Source: an uncultured delta proteobacterium (GTDB lineage Bacteria; Desulfobacterota; Binatia; UBA9968). From it: DNA of 64,000 bases. A program made the translations under genes and the position numbers. The DNA lies in contig CAVXEP010000031.1 of NCBI GenBank assembly GCA_963760795.1, positions 1 to 64,000 of the forward strand, given 5' to 3'. This document shows positions 29,961 to 39,493 of this stretch, in pieces. Below the pieces are notes generated by a model. The model had not been told where the DNA came from, searched no databases, and saw only the letters and a list, made by a program, of their open reading frames with translations. How positions within the stretch are numbered: the first letter of the stretch is position 1; each line of letters begins with the position of its first letter.

Positions 29961-30397
29961 TGCTCAAGAATAAGAACCGCGGTTATCAGCAGCTCCGAGT
30001 TTGGCACGATGCTATCGAATTTTACCGGCTCACCAGCCAGGTATTTCGGAAGCTACCTTATGAATTGAAACGGGTTGGATCGCAAGCAATAGCGGCAAGC
30101 GATTCCGTTCATCGCAACATTGCCGAGGGATATTGTCGGAAATCGATCAGGGAATATCTCAACTTTCTAAACATAGCTTTGGGTTCGCTCGGAGAGAATG
30201 TCTCCGGGCTTCACGCGTATCGTGAGGCCAGACAAATTACTGATGAGGAGTTCGAGGCTTTAAACGGACTTGCCTTCAAGCTCGAGAATGGGTTACTGAA
30301 ACTTGTTGAAAGTCTCGAAAGAAAGAAACTCGATGGGGATTGGGTCGACAGTCTTATAATCAAGGAAAGCAACGCGAACTACGGGGATTTTAAGTAA
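29960..30397 (+). CDS. Four helix bundle protein (23S rRNA intervening-sequence protein family)
   Basis: YQQLRVW, SVHRNIAEGY, EYLNFLNIALGSLGE motifs. Confidence 0.9.
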   Translation: MLKNKNRGYQQLRVWHDAIEFYRLTSQVFRKLPYELKRVGSQAIAASDSVHRNIAEGYCRKSIREYLNFLNIALGSLGENVSGLHAYREARQITDEEFEALNGLAFKLENGLLKLVESLERKKLDGDWVDSLIIKESNANYGDFK

Positions 30398-30430
30398 AAC
30401 AAAAGTGTCGCGTTGAGGGTTCTCCGAAAC

Positions 30431-30466
30431 CCCATCACTCCAGTACTCCAATACTCCATCACTCCA
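30431..30466. repeat. Right arm: inverted octamer array
   Basis: cccatcactccagtactccaatactccatcactcca is the reverse complement of 29925-29960 at 34/36 positions. Confidence 0.92.
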
Positions 30467-30478
30467 AAAGGGATCGCT

Positions 30479-31036
30479 ATGGACTTCCTGTCTACCTACC
30501 ATCTAAAGAAGTGGGTCAACGAGAATCACCATCTGTTCAATCCACCGTTCAGGACCAATCAGCTTCTCGTTCATCAGAAAGATTTCCTGGTGATGATCCT
30601 GCGCGGGCCGAATACCCGGCTGGATTTTCATATCGAGCCGGGGGATGAGTTCTTTTATCAGGTTGAAGGGGAGATGGAGTTGGTTCTAAAGCCGGAAGGC
30701 GAGCGACGACAAAGTTTCCGGATCAAAGAAGGGGAGATATTCGTCTGTCCCGGCGGCTTGCCCCACTCGCCGCGCCGTTTTGACAACACCTGGGGGCTAG
30801 TGATCGAGCGCAAGCGGCGCCAGGAAGAGAAAGAAGAGTTCGCCTGGTTCTGTGAGCAGTGCGACGAGCTGGTGCTTTCCCGTGTGGTGAACCAGGGGAA
30901 TATCCCGTCGCAAGTGTCGGCGGTTTACACTGAGTTCAATGCCAGCGAAGATATGCGCACGTGCAAGTCATGCGGCTTTGTCTTTCCCGAAACGCCCATG
31001 GCCGAGCGCTTGAGTTTTCTCGATCCGAAGAAATAA
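30479..31036 (+). CDS. nbaC: 3-hydroxyanthranilate 3,4-dioxygenase
   Basis: GPNTRLDFH...EFFYQ, PHSPRR, GLVIER, rubredoxin-like CEQC/CKSC. Confidence 0.88.
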   Translation: MDFLSTYHLKKWVNENHHLFNPPFRTNQLLVHQKDFLVMILRGPNTRLDFHIEPGDEFFYQVEGEMELVLKPEGERRQSFRIKEGEIFVCPGGLPHSPRRFDNTWGLVIERKRRQEEKEEFAWFCEQCDELVLSRVVNQGNIPSQVSAVYTEFNASEDMRTCKSCGFVFPETPMAERLSFLDPKK

Positions 31037-31061
31037 TTCACTTAGCTTTTAGGAGCGATCC

Positions 31062-31607
31062 GTGGACAACAATTATCAAGAAAAATTCGGCTATCCGGCG
31101 GAGCGGACCAGGGGCAAGGTGCGGCCCTATATGGCGGAGTGGATTCAGGATTTTATCCGTCACTCACCGTTCTGCGTCATGGCGACGAGCAGCGCTGAGG
31201 GCAATTGCGATGCGTCGCCAAAGGGCGGCCGGCCGGGATTTGTCAAAATCCTCAACGACAAGCAGTTGTTTCTCCCCGATGTGGCGGGCAACAAGCTGTT
31301 CCATGGCTACGGCAATCTGCAAACCAATGCGAAGATCGGGCTGATCTTTCTTATACCCGGTCACGATAATACCGTTCGGATTAACGGCCGGGTGAAGGTC
31401 GTCGACCGCGCCGAACTGAAAGACGTCCAGCTCGAAGTCTTCAACGCTGACGAGAAGGCCGAGGTTCTACAAGGTTTGCTCATCGACGTCGATGAATCCT
31501 ACAGCCATTGTCCGCGCGCGCTTAAATTCTCCAAACTTTGGGATACCGAGCTGATCGCCAAAAACATCGTCGCGCCGCCTTTGCCTGCCAAAGAACCGGG
31601 AATCTAG
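31062..31607 (+). CDS. Pyridoxamine 5'-phosphate oxidase-like FMN-binding protein
   Basis: FIRHSPF, DASPKGG.PGFV, PDVAGN, HCPRA. Confidence 0.85.
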   Translation: MDNNYQEKFGYPAERTRGKVRPYMAEWIQDFIRHSPFCVMATSSAEGNCDASPKGGRPGFVKILNDKQLFLPDVAGNKLFHGYGNLQTNAKIGLIFLIPGHDNTVRINGRVKVVDRAELKDVQLEVFNADEKAEVLQGLLIDVDESYSHCPRALKFSKLWDTELIAKNIVAPPLPAKEPGI

Positions 31608-31616
31608 ATTCCCCGA

Positions 31617-33054
31617 ATGATGGATCGGGATTTCTGCTTCACCAGCGCCCGTGAACTGGTGGCTTCGATACGCCGCCGATCGATTTCGGCGCGCGAAGTC
31701 ATGGTGGCGTTCCTCGGGCAGATCGCCCGGCTCAATCCCAAGATCAACGCCATCGTCGCCAAGCTGCCTGACGAAGAATGTCTCGCATTGGCGGATGAAG
31801 CAGATCGGCGAATTGCCCGCGGCGCCGCTGTCGGGCCGCTGCACGGTTTGCCTTTCGCTTTCAAAGAACTCGACCCGGTCGTTGGTTTTCCGATGACGCG
31901 GGGGTCGTTGATCTTCAAAGATTTCATGCCCACTGAAGACTCGGTTCTTGCCGAACGGCTGCGCCTTGCCGGCGTGGTGCCGATCGGCAAAACCAACATC
32001 TCCGAGTTCGGCATGGGCTCGCATAGTTACAACGAAGTGTACGGGACCACCCTCAATCCCTACGATTTGACCAAGAGCGCCGGTGGATCGAGCGGCGGCG
32101 CCGGTGCAGCATTGGCGGCGGGTCTGCTGCCGCTAGCCAGCGGCAGCGACCTCGGCGGTTCGCTGCGCAATCCGGCTAACTTCAACAACATCGTCGCGCT
32201 GCGCCCGAGTGTCGGACTGGTGCCGTCCGCGCCTGTGGCGCTGCCGTTTCTGGGCTTTACCGTCAAAGGTCCGATGGCGCGATCGGTGGCGGACACGGCA
32301 TTCTTGTTAAGCGTCATGGCCGGTGCCGATCCACGCGATCCAGCTTGTTATCCGTCCGACCCGCGAATGTTTGCCGAACCATTGGAGTCGCGACTTCAAA
32401 GACGTTCGAATTGCTTGGAGCCCGGATCTCGGCGGCTTGCCGCTCGACCAGCGGGTGCGCGCGGTAATGGCCTCTCAGCGTCAGACATTCGTCGATCTAG
32501 GTTGTGCCGTGGAAGACGCCGTGCCGGATCTTGACCGGCGCCGATGAAGTATTTTTGACGCTGCGGGCCTGGCATTACTGGCACACGCTTGGACCGCTGC
32601 TTGAACGACATCGAGACCGGATGAAAGCGGAAGCTGTGTGGCAGATTGAATTGGGGCGCAATCTTGACTGGCGACGATATCGCGCGAGTGATGCAGCAAC
32701 ATGGTGAGCTCATGCAACGCATGCGCCGCTTTCATGAAAAATATGATTTTCTTATCTGCGCTGTGAACCAGGTGCCGCCCTTCGACGCAACGCTCGACTG
32801 GCCCCACGAGATCGACGGCGTGAAGATGGCAACCTATCTCGATTGGATGAAGTCTGCGTACTGGATTACGCTCGACATTCTGTCCGGCGATTTCCGTCCC
32901 CGCCGGATTTACTCCGGAAGGTTTGCCCGTGGGCATCCAGATTGTCGGGCGCTACCGCGACGATTTCGGCGTGTTGCAGATTGCCCATGCGTTCGAACAG
33001 GCGACACAGTTTGGCAAAGGCAGACCGGCTATCGATAGCTCTGGAGGAATGTAG
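31617..33054 (+). CDS. Amidase (amidase-signature family), several frameshifts in the 3' half
   Basis: GPLHGLP..K, GKTN, GGSSGG, GSDLGGSLRNPA; C-terminal GLPVGIQIVG...AFEQAT found in a shifted frame ending at TAG 33054. Confidence 0.88.
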
Positions 33055-33055
33055 G

Positions 33056-34006
33056 ATGATCTATTTCAGCATCATGTTGGTTTTAGGCATTCTCGCAACT
33101 TCAGCTCAGGCGGTGGACAAGATTCGCATCGGCATGCCGGCTGACGCGGGCCACTTCACGCTTTCGCTCGCGCAAAAGCGCGGTTTCCTGCGCGAAGAGG
33201 GCTTCGATGCCGAGATCATCACGATCACCGGGCCGGTGGCGAATGTCGCATTGGCAAGCGGCGACATTGACTATTACACCGGTTTTGGCTCAGCCCTGCG
33301 CGCAATGCTGCAGGGGCAGCTGCCGACCAGGATCGTGGCTTGCTTTCGGCCGGTGGCGCATTTCGTCTTGCTCAGCCGACCGGAGCTAAAAACCGTCAAA
33401 GATCTCAAGGGCAAAACCATTGGCGCAGCGCCGGGCAGCGCGCCTGATTTGGTCGCTCGCTTGATAATAAAACATTTTGGCATGGACCCGGACAAAGATC
33501 TCAAGTTTATCGCTAGTCCCGGCGGCGAGACCGCACTGATGAGGATGAGTCAGGGACAGCTCGATGCCCAGGTGATGCCGGTTCCTTGGGATTATCGCAG
33601 CAGGAAGTTGGGCTTGACCATCCTGGCGCGAGCCGAAGATCTATTTAGCTATCCGATCAGCGGCCTGATCGCTCATAGCCGCAAGATCAAGGAGCGGCCG
33701 GACGAGATTCGCCGGGCGATCAGGGCCGGCATCAAAGCCAACCGCTACATGCGCGCCAATCGCGACGGGACTATCGAGGTCATGATGAGCACCTACCGGC
33801 TCGACAAAGAGACCGCCACCGCGCTCTACGGCTCGCTGCTGAAGGGCTTTAACGACGACGGCAATCTGCCGGAGGACGGACTGCGCCGACTCATCGAGGA
33901 CACCAAGACGGTGACGAAAGTCGATCGCGAAGTCGTCTTGAACGACGTCGCCGATCTGTCAATCCTGCGCGAAGCCCAGCGAGAGCTGGGTATTAAGGCG
34001 AAATAA
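33056..34006 (+). CDS. ABC substrate-binding protein, SsuA/NMT1 type
   Basis: Signal peptide, GFLREEG, DLKGKTIG, LREAQRELG. Confidence 0.88.
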   Translation: MIYFSIMLVLGILATSAQAVDKIRIGMPADAGHFTLSLAQKRGFLREEGFDAEIITITGPVANVALASGDIDYYTGFGSALRAMLQGQLPTRIVACFRPVAHFVLLSRPELKTVKDLKGKTIGAAPGSAPDLVARLIIKHFGMDPDKDLKFIASPGGETALMRMSQGQLDAQVMPVPWDYRSRKLGLTILARAEDLFSYPISGLIAHSRKIKERPDEIRRAIRAGIKANRYMRANRDGTIEVMMSTYRLDKETATALYGSLLKGFNDDGNLPEDGLRRLIEDTKTVTKVDREVVLNDVADLSILREAQRELGIKAK

Positions 34007-34050
34007 GCCTGGCAAACAGTGACTCGCCAACTCACTAACGATTCATTCGC

Positions 34051-35055
34051 TTACCTCTGGTACAGCTTGGCCACAAAGCCGCTTTTTTCGATCTCGCGCA
34101 TAATCGTGCCGTCGATGAACTGTTCCGGTTTGGCCACCTTGGCGCGGGGATCTTTTTCCGCCATCCAGGTGAGCTGGGTTTGGATCGCCGCGGGCGAGGG
34201 ATGGGGAATCTGCGGATAGAGTTCCTTGTAGAGCTTGTAAACTTCTTCGAGCGTTTCGCGGTCATCTATCTTCAGATACTTGCTCAGCGCCCGGATTGAC
34301 GGCTCCGGGTTCTGTTTGACCATGTAGATACCTTCGACGATGGCGCGCATGTAGCGGGTGATCACCTCGGGTTGGGCTTTCAGATAGGCGCGGCTGGTGA
34401 TCACTTCGAGTTGCGGGAAGGGGATATCGTACTGGGTGGGGTCGACGAGGATGGTGAAGCCGGCTTTCTTGCCGATATTGAAAAATTCCGGCGTCAACAC
34501 CGTGCAGTCGACGCTGCGCTTGCTTAACGCCGATAGCCGCGTGCTCGTGCCGCCGGTTTGCAGCAGGGTGACATCCTTGTCGGGCGCCAATCCGTAGCGC
34601 TGCAGGATTAACCGCGCCGCGAGATCGGATGCGCTGCCAAAGCGTGACACCGCCAAGCGCTTGCCCTTGAGCTGGTCGATGGTCTTTATTTCTTTTTGCG
34701 CCAGCAGCGCGTAGGGCATGCGGCTTTCGATGCTCGAGATCGACACGATATCGCTGCCCGCCAGATTGCTACTGACTGCAACGGTGCCGCCGCCCATGGC
34801 GATTTGCGTCTCTCCGGCGGTGAGCGCCTGCACCGTGGTGACGCCGCTCTCGATCAAAACGACGTCGACGCTGAGCCCATGCTTCTCGAATATCTTGGCT
34901 TCCTTGGCGAGCCAGTAAGCCGCCATATTAGCCGTAAGCGCGCTGTAGGAAGTCTTGAGGCGGGTAACCTGGGCGTGGGCGTCCACCGAAGCCAGCACGC
35001 TCGCCAAAAGGATCAGGCCGATGGGTCTGATCCGCCGGATCCGGCTGATCTTCAT
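34051..35055 (-). CDS. ABC substrate-binding protein, SsuA/NMT1 type
   Basis: Signal peptide, FEKHGL, LKGKRLAVSRFGS, KPEQFID. Confidence 0.9.
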   Translation of the reverse strand: MKISRIRRIRPIGLILLASVLASVDAHAQVTRLKTSYSALTANMAAYWLAKEAKIFEKHGLSVDVVLIESGVTTVQALTAGETQIAMGGGTVAVSSNLAGSDIVSISSIESRMPYALLAQKEIKTIDQLKGKRLAVSRFGSASDLAARLILQRYGLAPDKDVTLLQTGGTSTRLSALSKRSVDCTVLTPEFFNIGKKAGFTILVDPTQYDIPFPQLEVITSRAYLKAQPEVITRYMRAIVEGIYMVKQNPEPSIRALSKYLKIDDRETLEEVYKLYKELYPQIPHPSPAAIQTQLTWMAEKDPRAKVAKPEQFIDGTIMREIEKSGFVAKLYQR

Positions 35056-35888
35056 GATGCCTCATCCTCGCTCATTAGAAATTCCGTCAGCGCGCGGTTA
35101 AACTCTTCAGTCTCTTCAATCTGCGGTTCATGGGCCGAATGTTTGAAGCGATAAACCTTGGAGCCGGGAACGATTTTTTGAAAATTGACATCCCAATCGC
35201 TCTGGTTGAGCGGATCATGTTCGCAGGACATGAGCAGCAGCGGGATGGTCAGCTGCGACAGTTGCTTGACAAACTCATCGGTGGTCGAGCGCACTTGATG
35301 CGCCGGGCTGCGCAAGCGCGCCGCTGAAAGCGTTTCCCAGGCGCCCGGCAGGATCGAGCTCTCGTAACGCTCGCGAATGTTGTCATCGCTCTGCCATTTT
35401 GCATCGTGATAGAGCAGCGCAATAAGCTTTTTCATGTTCTCCAATGACGGCGTATAGTTTTCCAGGTCGGCTTGAGAGTTGGTCTTGAACACGCTGGCGT
35501 TGCCGCAGATGGTGACCATCTTACGGATCTGCAGCGGCGCCGGTTGGCGCACGGATGCGCGCAAGACCAAGCCGCCGCCGGCGGAATTGCCGACGAAGAA
35601 CGCCTTGGCGATGCCCAATGATTCGAGAAAACGCTGGAGGTGCTTGATGCGCAGGCCGGCGGGATCGCTAAAGCTGTAAAGTTTGTCGGTTTGTCCCCAG
35701 CCCAAGGTGTCCGGTGCGACAACGTGAAAAGTCTTTGCCAGTGCGTCGATGTTATAGCGCCAGGTTATCTCTGCCGACGCGCCGTACTCGCCGCCATGAA
35801 GTAACACCAGATCGGGGCCGCTGCCGCCTTCGAGGAAATGAGTCTTGATGTCGCCGACGACAATGGTCCGGTGCTGATAAGCGGCCAT
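35052..35888 (-). CDS. Alpha/beta hydrolase (meta-cleavage product hydrolase-like)
   Basis: LLHGG, GNSAGG nucleophile elbow, HD, SAHEPQIE. Confidence 0.88.
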   Translation of the reverse strand: MAAYQHRTIVVGDIKTHFLEGGSGPDLVLLHGGEYGASAEITWRYNIDALAKTFHVVAPDTLGWGQTDKLYSFSDPAGLRIKHLQRFLESLGIAKAFFVGNSAGGGLVLRASVRQPAPLQIRKMVTICGNASVFKTNSQADLENYTPSLENMKKLIALLYHDAKWQSDDNIRERYESSILPGAWETLSAARLRSPAHQVRSTTDEFVKQLSQLTIPLLLMSCEHDPLNQSDWDVNFQKIVPGSKVYRFKHSAHEPQIEETEEFNRALTEFLMSEDEAS

Positions 35889-35970
35889 CGATCTAGTTCC
35901 TTAAATAATTGCCCGTGGGAGCCAAGCGTCGGCAGGGCAAACCCGGGGGTTGCGCGTACAATTCCGATTC

Positions 35971-35993
35971 CTCTTTGCGTTCTTTGCGGCCAA
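35971..35993. repeat. CGCAAAG-type repeat half
   Basis: ctctttgcgttctttgcggccaa, reverse complement of the 58804/29019 unit. Confidence 0.65.
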
Positions 35994-36010
35994 CCGTCTC
36001 TTTCCCTAAA

Positions 36011-36781
36011 TTACAGAAAACAAACCCCGCCGTCGACGGCGACGGTCTGGCCGGTCATGAAATCGCTCAGCGGGGAAGCGAGAAACAGCATAGTGCCGAC
36101 GAGATCTTTCGGTAGCTGGACGCGCTTGAGTGCACGGTCGGACAATCTTGCGCCGCGCATTTTGAGAACTTCTTCGGTGGGGTTCTCTTCGGACAAGGTC
36201 GAGCCGGGGGCGATGGCGTTGACGTTGATGTTATCTTCGCCGACTTCGCGGGCTAAAGTGCGGGTGAAGCCGATGACGCCAGCCTTGGAAGTGACGTAGT
36301 GAATCCGCCCGGCGCTGCCATTGAGCGCCGTGCCGGAAGAGATATTGATGATCTTGCCCGACTTTTGTTGGCGCATGGTTGGCAGCACTGCACGAGAACA
36401 AAAAAATAAACCCTTGAGATTGACCGTCATCATGCGGTCCCACTCCGCCGGATCGATGGTGTCGATACCGCCGCGGTTCATCGGAATCGTCGAAAATATC
36501 GCCGCGTTGTTGACCAGCACGTCGATCCGGCTGAATTTATCCAACGTCAGTTTGGCCATATCTTTGGTCGACTGCTCGTTGGCGACGTCGACTTTCGCCG
36601 CCAGCGCTTTGCCATCGAATTGCTGGACCACCTCGCCGGCGACTTTTTCCGCCGCCGGCGCGTCGATGTCCGCGACTATTACCTTCGCCCCCGCTTCAGC
36701 GAAACCGTGACAATAAGCCCGGCCGATGCCGTGGCCGCCGCCGGTGACGATAACCACTTTGTCTTTTAGTCCTTGAATCAT
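36011..36781 (-). CDS. SDR family oxidoreductase
   Basis: TGGGHGIG, NNA, YVTSK, VDGG. Confidence 0.93.
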   Translation of the reverse strand: MIQGLKDKVVIVTGGGHGIGRAYCHGFAEAGAKVIVADIDAPAAEKVAGEVVQQFDGKALAAKVDVANEQSTKDMAKLTLDKFSRIDVLVNNAAIFSTIPMNRGGIDTIDPAEWDRMMTVNLKGLFFCSRAVLPTMRQQKSGKIINISSGTALNGSAGRIHYVTSKAGVIGFTRTLAREVGEDNINVNAIAPGSTLSEENPTEEVLKMRGARLSDRALKRVQLPKDLVGTMLFLASPLSDFMTGQTVAVDGGVCFL

Positions 36782-36905
36782 AAAATAGCTCCATTAATTT
36801 GCTTTGCCGTCAAAATAGCCTTAGATGTTTTTAACTGTCAAGGCGAGTTATTGCGTCTAACGAAAAAAGCGGGGATTATGCGTCAGCAAAAAGGCGGTCG
36901 TTTGA

Positions 36906-37628
36906 ATGAGAACGTGGTTCAGTCTTAAAGCGGTTGCGCTCGTGCTTAGCATTTTAGTCAATTGCGGCTTGGTTGGTGCCGCGGCGCAAACGCCCGTGAA
37001 TCCCGACACATTGCCGATGTTCGGCCAGCCGAAGGTAGTCCGATCGGACAGCCAGAAGCAAGCCGATGAAGCGTTTATGCGCGACAACACGCTGCGCTAT
37101 AAAACTCGTCAAGCCGCTAGCAGTGCTTTCGTTTCCCAAGGTTGGAGTGCGGTGCGAGCGAAGCAGCTCGATGCGGCGATGCTGCGCTTCAATCATGCCT
37201 GGCTGCTCAATCCCAAAAACTACAGCGCCTTCTGGGGCTTCGGTGCGGTATTGAGCGAGCGCGGCAAGTTGATGGAAGCGATCGAGCAGTTAGAGACGGC
37301 GCGGGAACTGATCGACGACCCGACGCAGAGACCGGCGTTGCTCGCCGATCTCGGCAATGTCCACTCTGAATACGCTGCTCGCCTCGGCACCGACAAGCAG
37401 TTGGAGCGGGCTCATCATTTCGTTGTGGCCAATAGCCGCTTTACCGAAAGCCTGGAGAACGATCCCAAGTTCGCCTCGGGTTGGCGCGAGTGGGCAATCT
37501 CGTTATACGAGCAGGAGCGCTACTCGGAAGCGTGGATCAAAGCCAAGCGTGCCCGCGAACTCAAGGCCGAGCCGTTTTCTCCGGAGTTTTTGAAAAAACT
37601 CTCGGCCAAGATGCCGGAACCTAAATAA
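36906..37628 (+). CDS. Exported TPR-repeat protein
   Basis: Signal peptide, LPMFG, AMLRFNHAWLLNP, helical TPR pattern. Confidence 0.75.
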   Translation: MRTWFSLKAVALVLSILVNCGLVGAAAQTPVNPDTLPMFGQPKVVRSDSQKQADEAFMRDNTLRYKTRQAASSAFVSQGWSAVRAKQLDAAMLRFNHAWLLNPKNYSAFWGFGAVLSERGKLMEAIEQLETARELIDDPTQRPALLADLGNVHSEYAARLGTDKQLERAHHFVVANSRFTESLENDPKFASGWREWAISLYEQERYSEAWIKAKRARELKAEPFSPEFLKKLSAKMPEPK

Positions 37629-37649
37629 CTCTAGCGAAGTAGCCATCGC

Positions 37650-38492
37650 ATGTCGCGCTTCACCATCGCGCAGACCATCGAGCAGCTTGATCCGGAGAAG
37701 GATAACCAACGGATTGTTTTTCTCTCATCGCGCTATGACTTTCCCTTCGATACCACTCGAGCGCTGGAGTTCGCCTTGTTTCGGACGTTTTGCGTGCCGA
37801 GCATATCCGCCTTGCTGGAGCGCACCGGCGAATTTGTGCAGCGGCCGCAAAAACGCTACGACGACACCGACATCATCGTCAGCGAGTTGATGGAATGGGG
37901 TTATGACGGCGAGCGGGGGCAGAGGGCGCTGCGCCGCTTGAATCAGCTCCACGGCAGGTTTGCCATTGCCAACGAGGATTTTCTTTACGTATTATCGACG
38001 TTTATTTATGAACCGATTCGTTGGAACCAGCGCTTCGGTTGGCGCGCCATGAGCGAGGTGGAACGACGCGGCTATTTTTATTTTTGGCGCGAAGTCGGCC
38101 AGCGCATGAATATAAAAGACATTCCGCTGGACTATGCCCGCTTTGAGCAGTTCAATCTAGACTACGAGGCGCGCCATTGCCGTTACAGCGAGGCGAATCA
38201 ACGTGTCGGAAGCGCGACCAGAGAATTGATGGTGAGTTGGTTTCCGCGATTCTTGGCGCCGCTGGTCAGATTGGCAATCTATTCATTGCTCGATCCCCGC
38301 GCGCTCGCCGCCTTTGGCTTTCCGCAGCCGGCCGGCGCGGTGCGTTGGTTAATGATCAGGGCGTTGAGGCTGCGCGGCTGGTTCGCTAGTTATTTTCCCG
38401 GACGCCTGCGTCCGCGCTTGAGAACTGAGATGGTTCATCGTAGCTACCCCGCCGGATACCGGATCGAAGATGTGGGTCCGCCGAGAAAGTAG
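37650..38492 (+). CDS. Oxygenase MpaB/DUF2236 family protein
   Basis: LFRTF.VPSI, KRYDDT, NQLH, DFLYVLSTF. Confidence 0.82.
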   Translation: MSRFTIAQTIEQLDPEKDNQRIVFLSSRYDFPFDTTRALEFALFRTFCVPSISALLERTGEFVQRPQKRYDDTDIIVSELMEWGYDGERGQRALRRLNQLHGRFAIANEDFLYVLSTFIYEPIRWNQRFGWRAMSEVERRGYFYFWREVGQRMNIKDIPLDYARFEQFNLDYEARHCRYSEANQRVGSATRELMVSWFPRFLAPLVRLAIYSLLDPRALAAFGFPQPAGAVRWLMIRALRLRGWFASYFPGRLRPRLRTEMVHRSYPAGYRIEDVGPPRK

Positions 38493-38500
38493 CGGCGCAC

Positions 38501-39400
38501 ATGTTGAAGCGGTGGGCCCGAGGGGAGACAAAGTCAATGGCCATGTTTCGACGGTTGGCATATCTCCACCGACCCGGCCGGCGTGGCGTGGTTCTCACTG
38601 TGGCGATATGGCTCTGGGCGATCGACTGTTCGGCGCAATCTAGCAGGGATAAGGAGCAACTATTGACGTTTTGGGCCGGTACTCTGCCGATCATTCTCGC
38701 GGCGCCCCATGGTGGCCGTGAGCCGATCCCTGGTATCGCCCCGCGCCGGGGTATCGGCGTGTCGCAATTCGTCGCTGAGCGCGACAGCAATACCGCCGAA
38801 CTGGCTGAAGCCGTCGCGCTTAAGCTGCGGGAACGATTGGGCGCAACGCCGTTTCTCGTCATCGCCCGTTTTGAACGCAAATTTATCGACGCCAACCGCG
38901 AGCCGGCGGCGGCCTATGAAATGCCCCAAGCCAAACTCCATTACGATGCCTACCACCGAGCTATTGGCGATGCGGTCGAGGCGATCCGCCAGAAGTGGGG
39001 CAGCGGTCTGTTGCTCGACATTCACGCCCAACGGGCGCAGGCGGACACGATTTTCCGCGGTACCGATAACGGCAGGAGTGTAAGCCAATTACAAAGGCAA
39101 TTTGGCCAAGCTGCACTGTCAGGACCGAATAGCGTTCTCGGCCATCTGGCTGCGAACGGTTATAAAATCCTGCCGAATTTGACCGGCCAAGATCGAGAGA
39201 CTCGTTACACCGGCGGTTATACGACCCGTACCTACGGCAGCCATCGAGGGACAAAGATCGACGCCATCCAGTTGGAACTGGGTAGCGATCTGCGCGCCAA
39301 GGCAAACCTGGAGCGCACCGCCAACGATTTTGCCCTTGCCGTCGCAGTGTTCGCCCGCGAGTATCTGCTCCGCAGCGACGGATTCGATCCACCACGTTGA
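38501..39400 (+). CDS. N-formylglutamate amidohydrolase-like protein, probably exported
   Basis: APHGG, DANR, YH, LLDIH, GGYTT, AIQLE; start uncertain. Confidence 0.78.
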   Translation: MLKRWARGETKSMAMFRRLAYLHRPGRRGVVLTVAIWLWAIDCSAQSSRDKEQLLTFWAGTLPIILAAPHGGREPIPGIAPRRGIGVSQFVAERDSNTAELAEAVALKLRERLGATPFLVIARFERKFIDANREPAAAYEMPQAKLHYDAYHRAIGDAVEAIRQKWGSGLLLDIHAQRAQADTIFRGTDNGRSVSQLQRQFGQAALSGPNSVLGHLAANGYKILPNLTGQDRETRYTGGYTTRTYGSHRGTKIDAIQLELGSDLRAKANLERTANDFALAVAVFAREYLLRSDGFDPPR

Positions 39401-39493
39401 GGCGGAAAAGCTGATTTACGCCGCAAGCCTCATCAGCGCCCGTTGGCTTAGCGATAGTTCGTGAAATCTGTCGATTCCGCCGAGTTGGCCACC

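Noticed and set aside
29878-30466. CRISPR array or DGR
   Set aside because: Units are 8-nt tandem repeats without unique spacers; no cas gene, reverse transcriptase or TR/VR pair is visible in the window.
26800-33054. Programmed ribosomal frameshifting
   Set aside because: No slippery heptamers or consistent signals at the shift sites; unrelated genes are affected in blocks.
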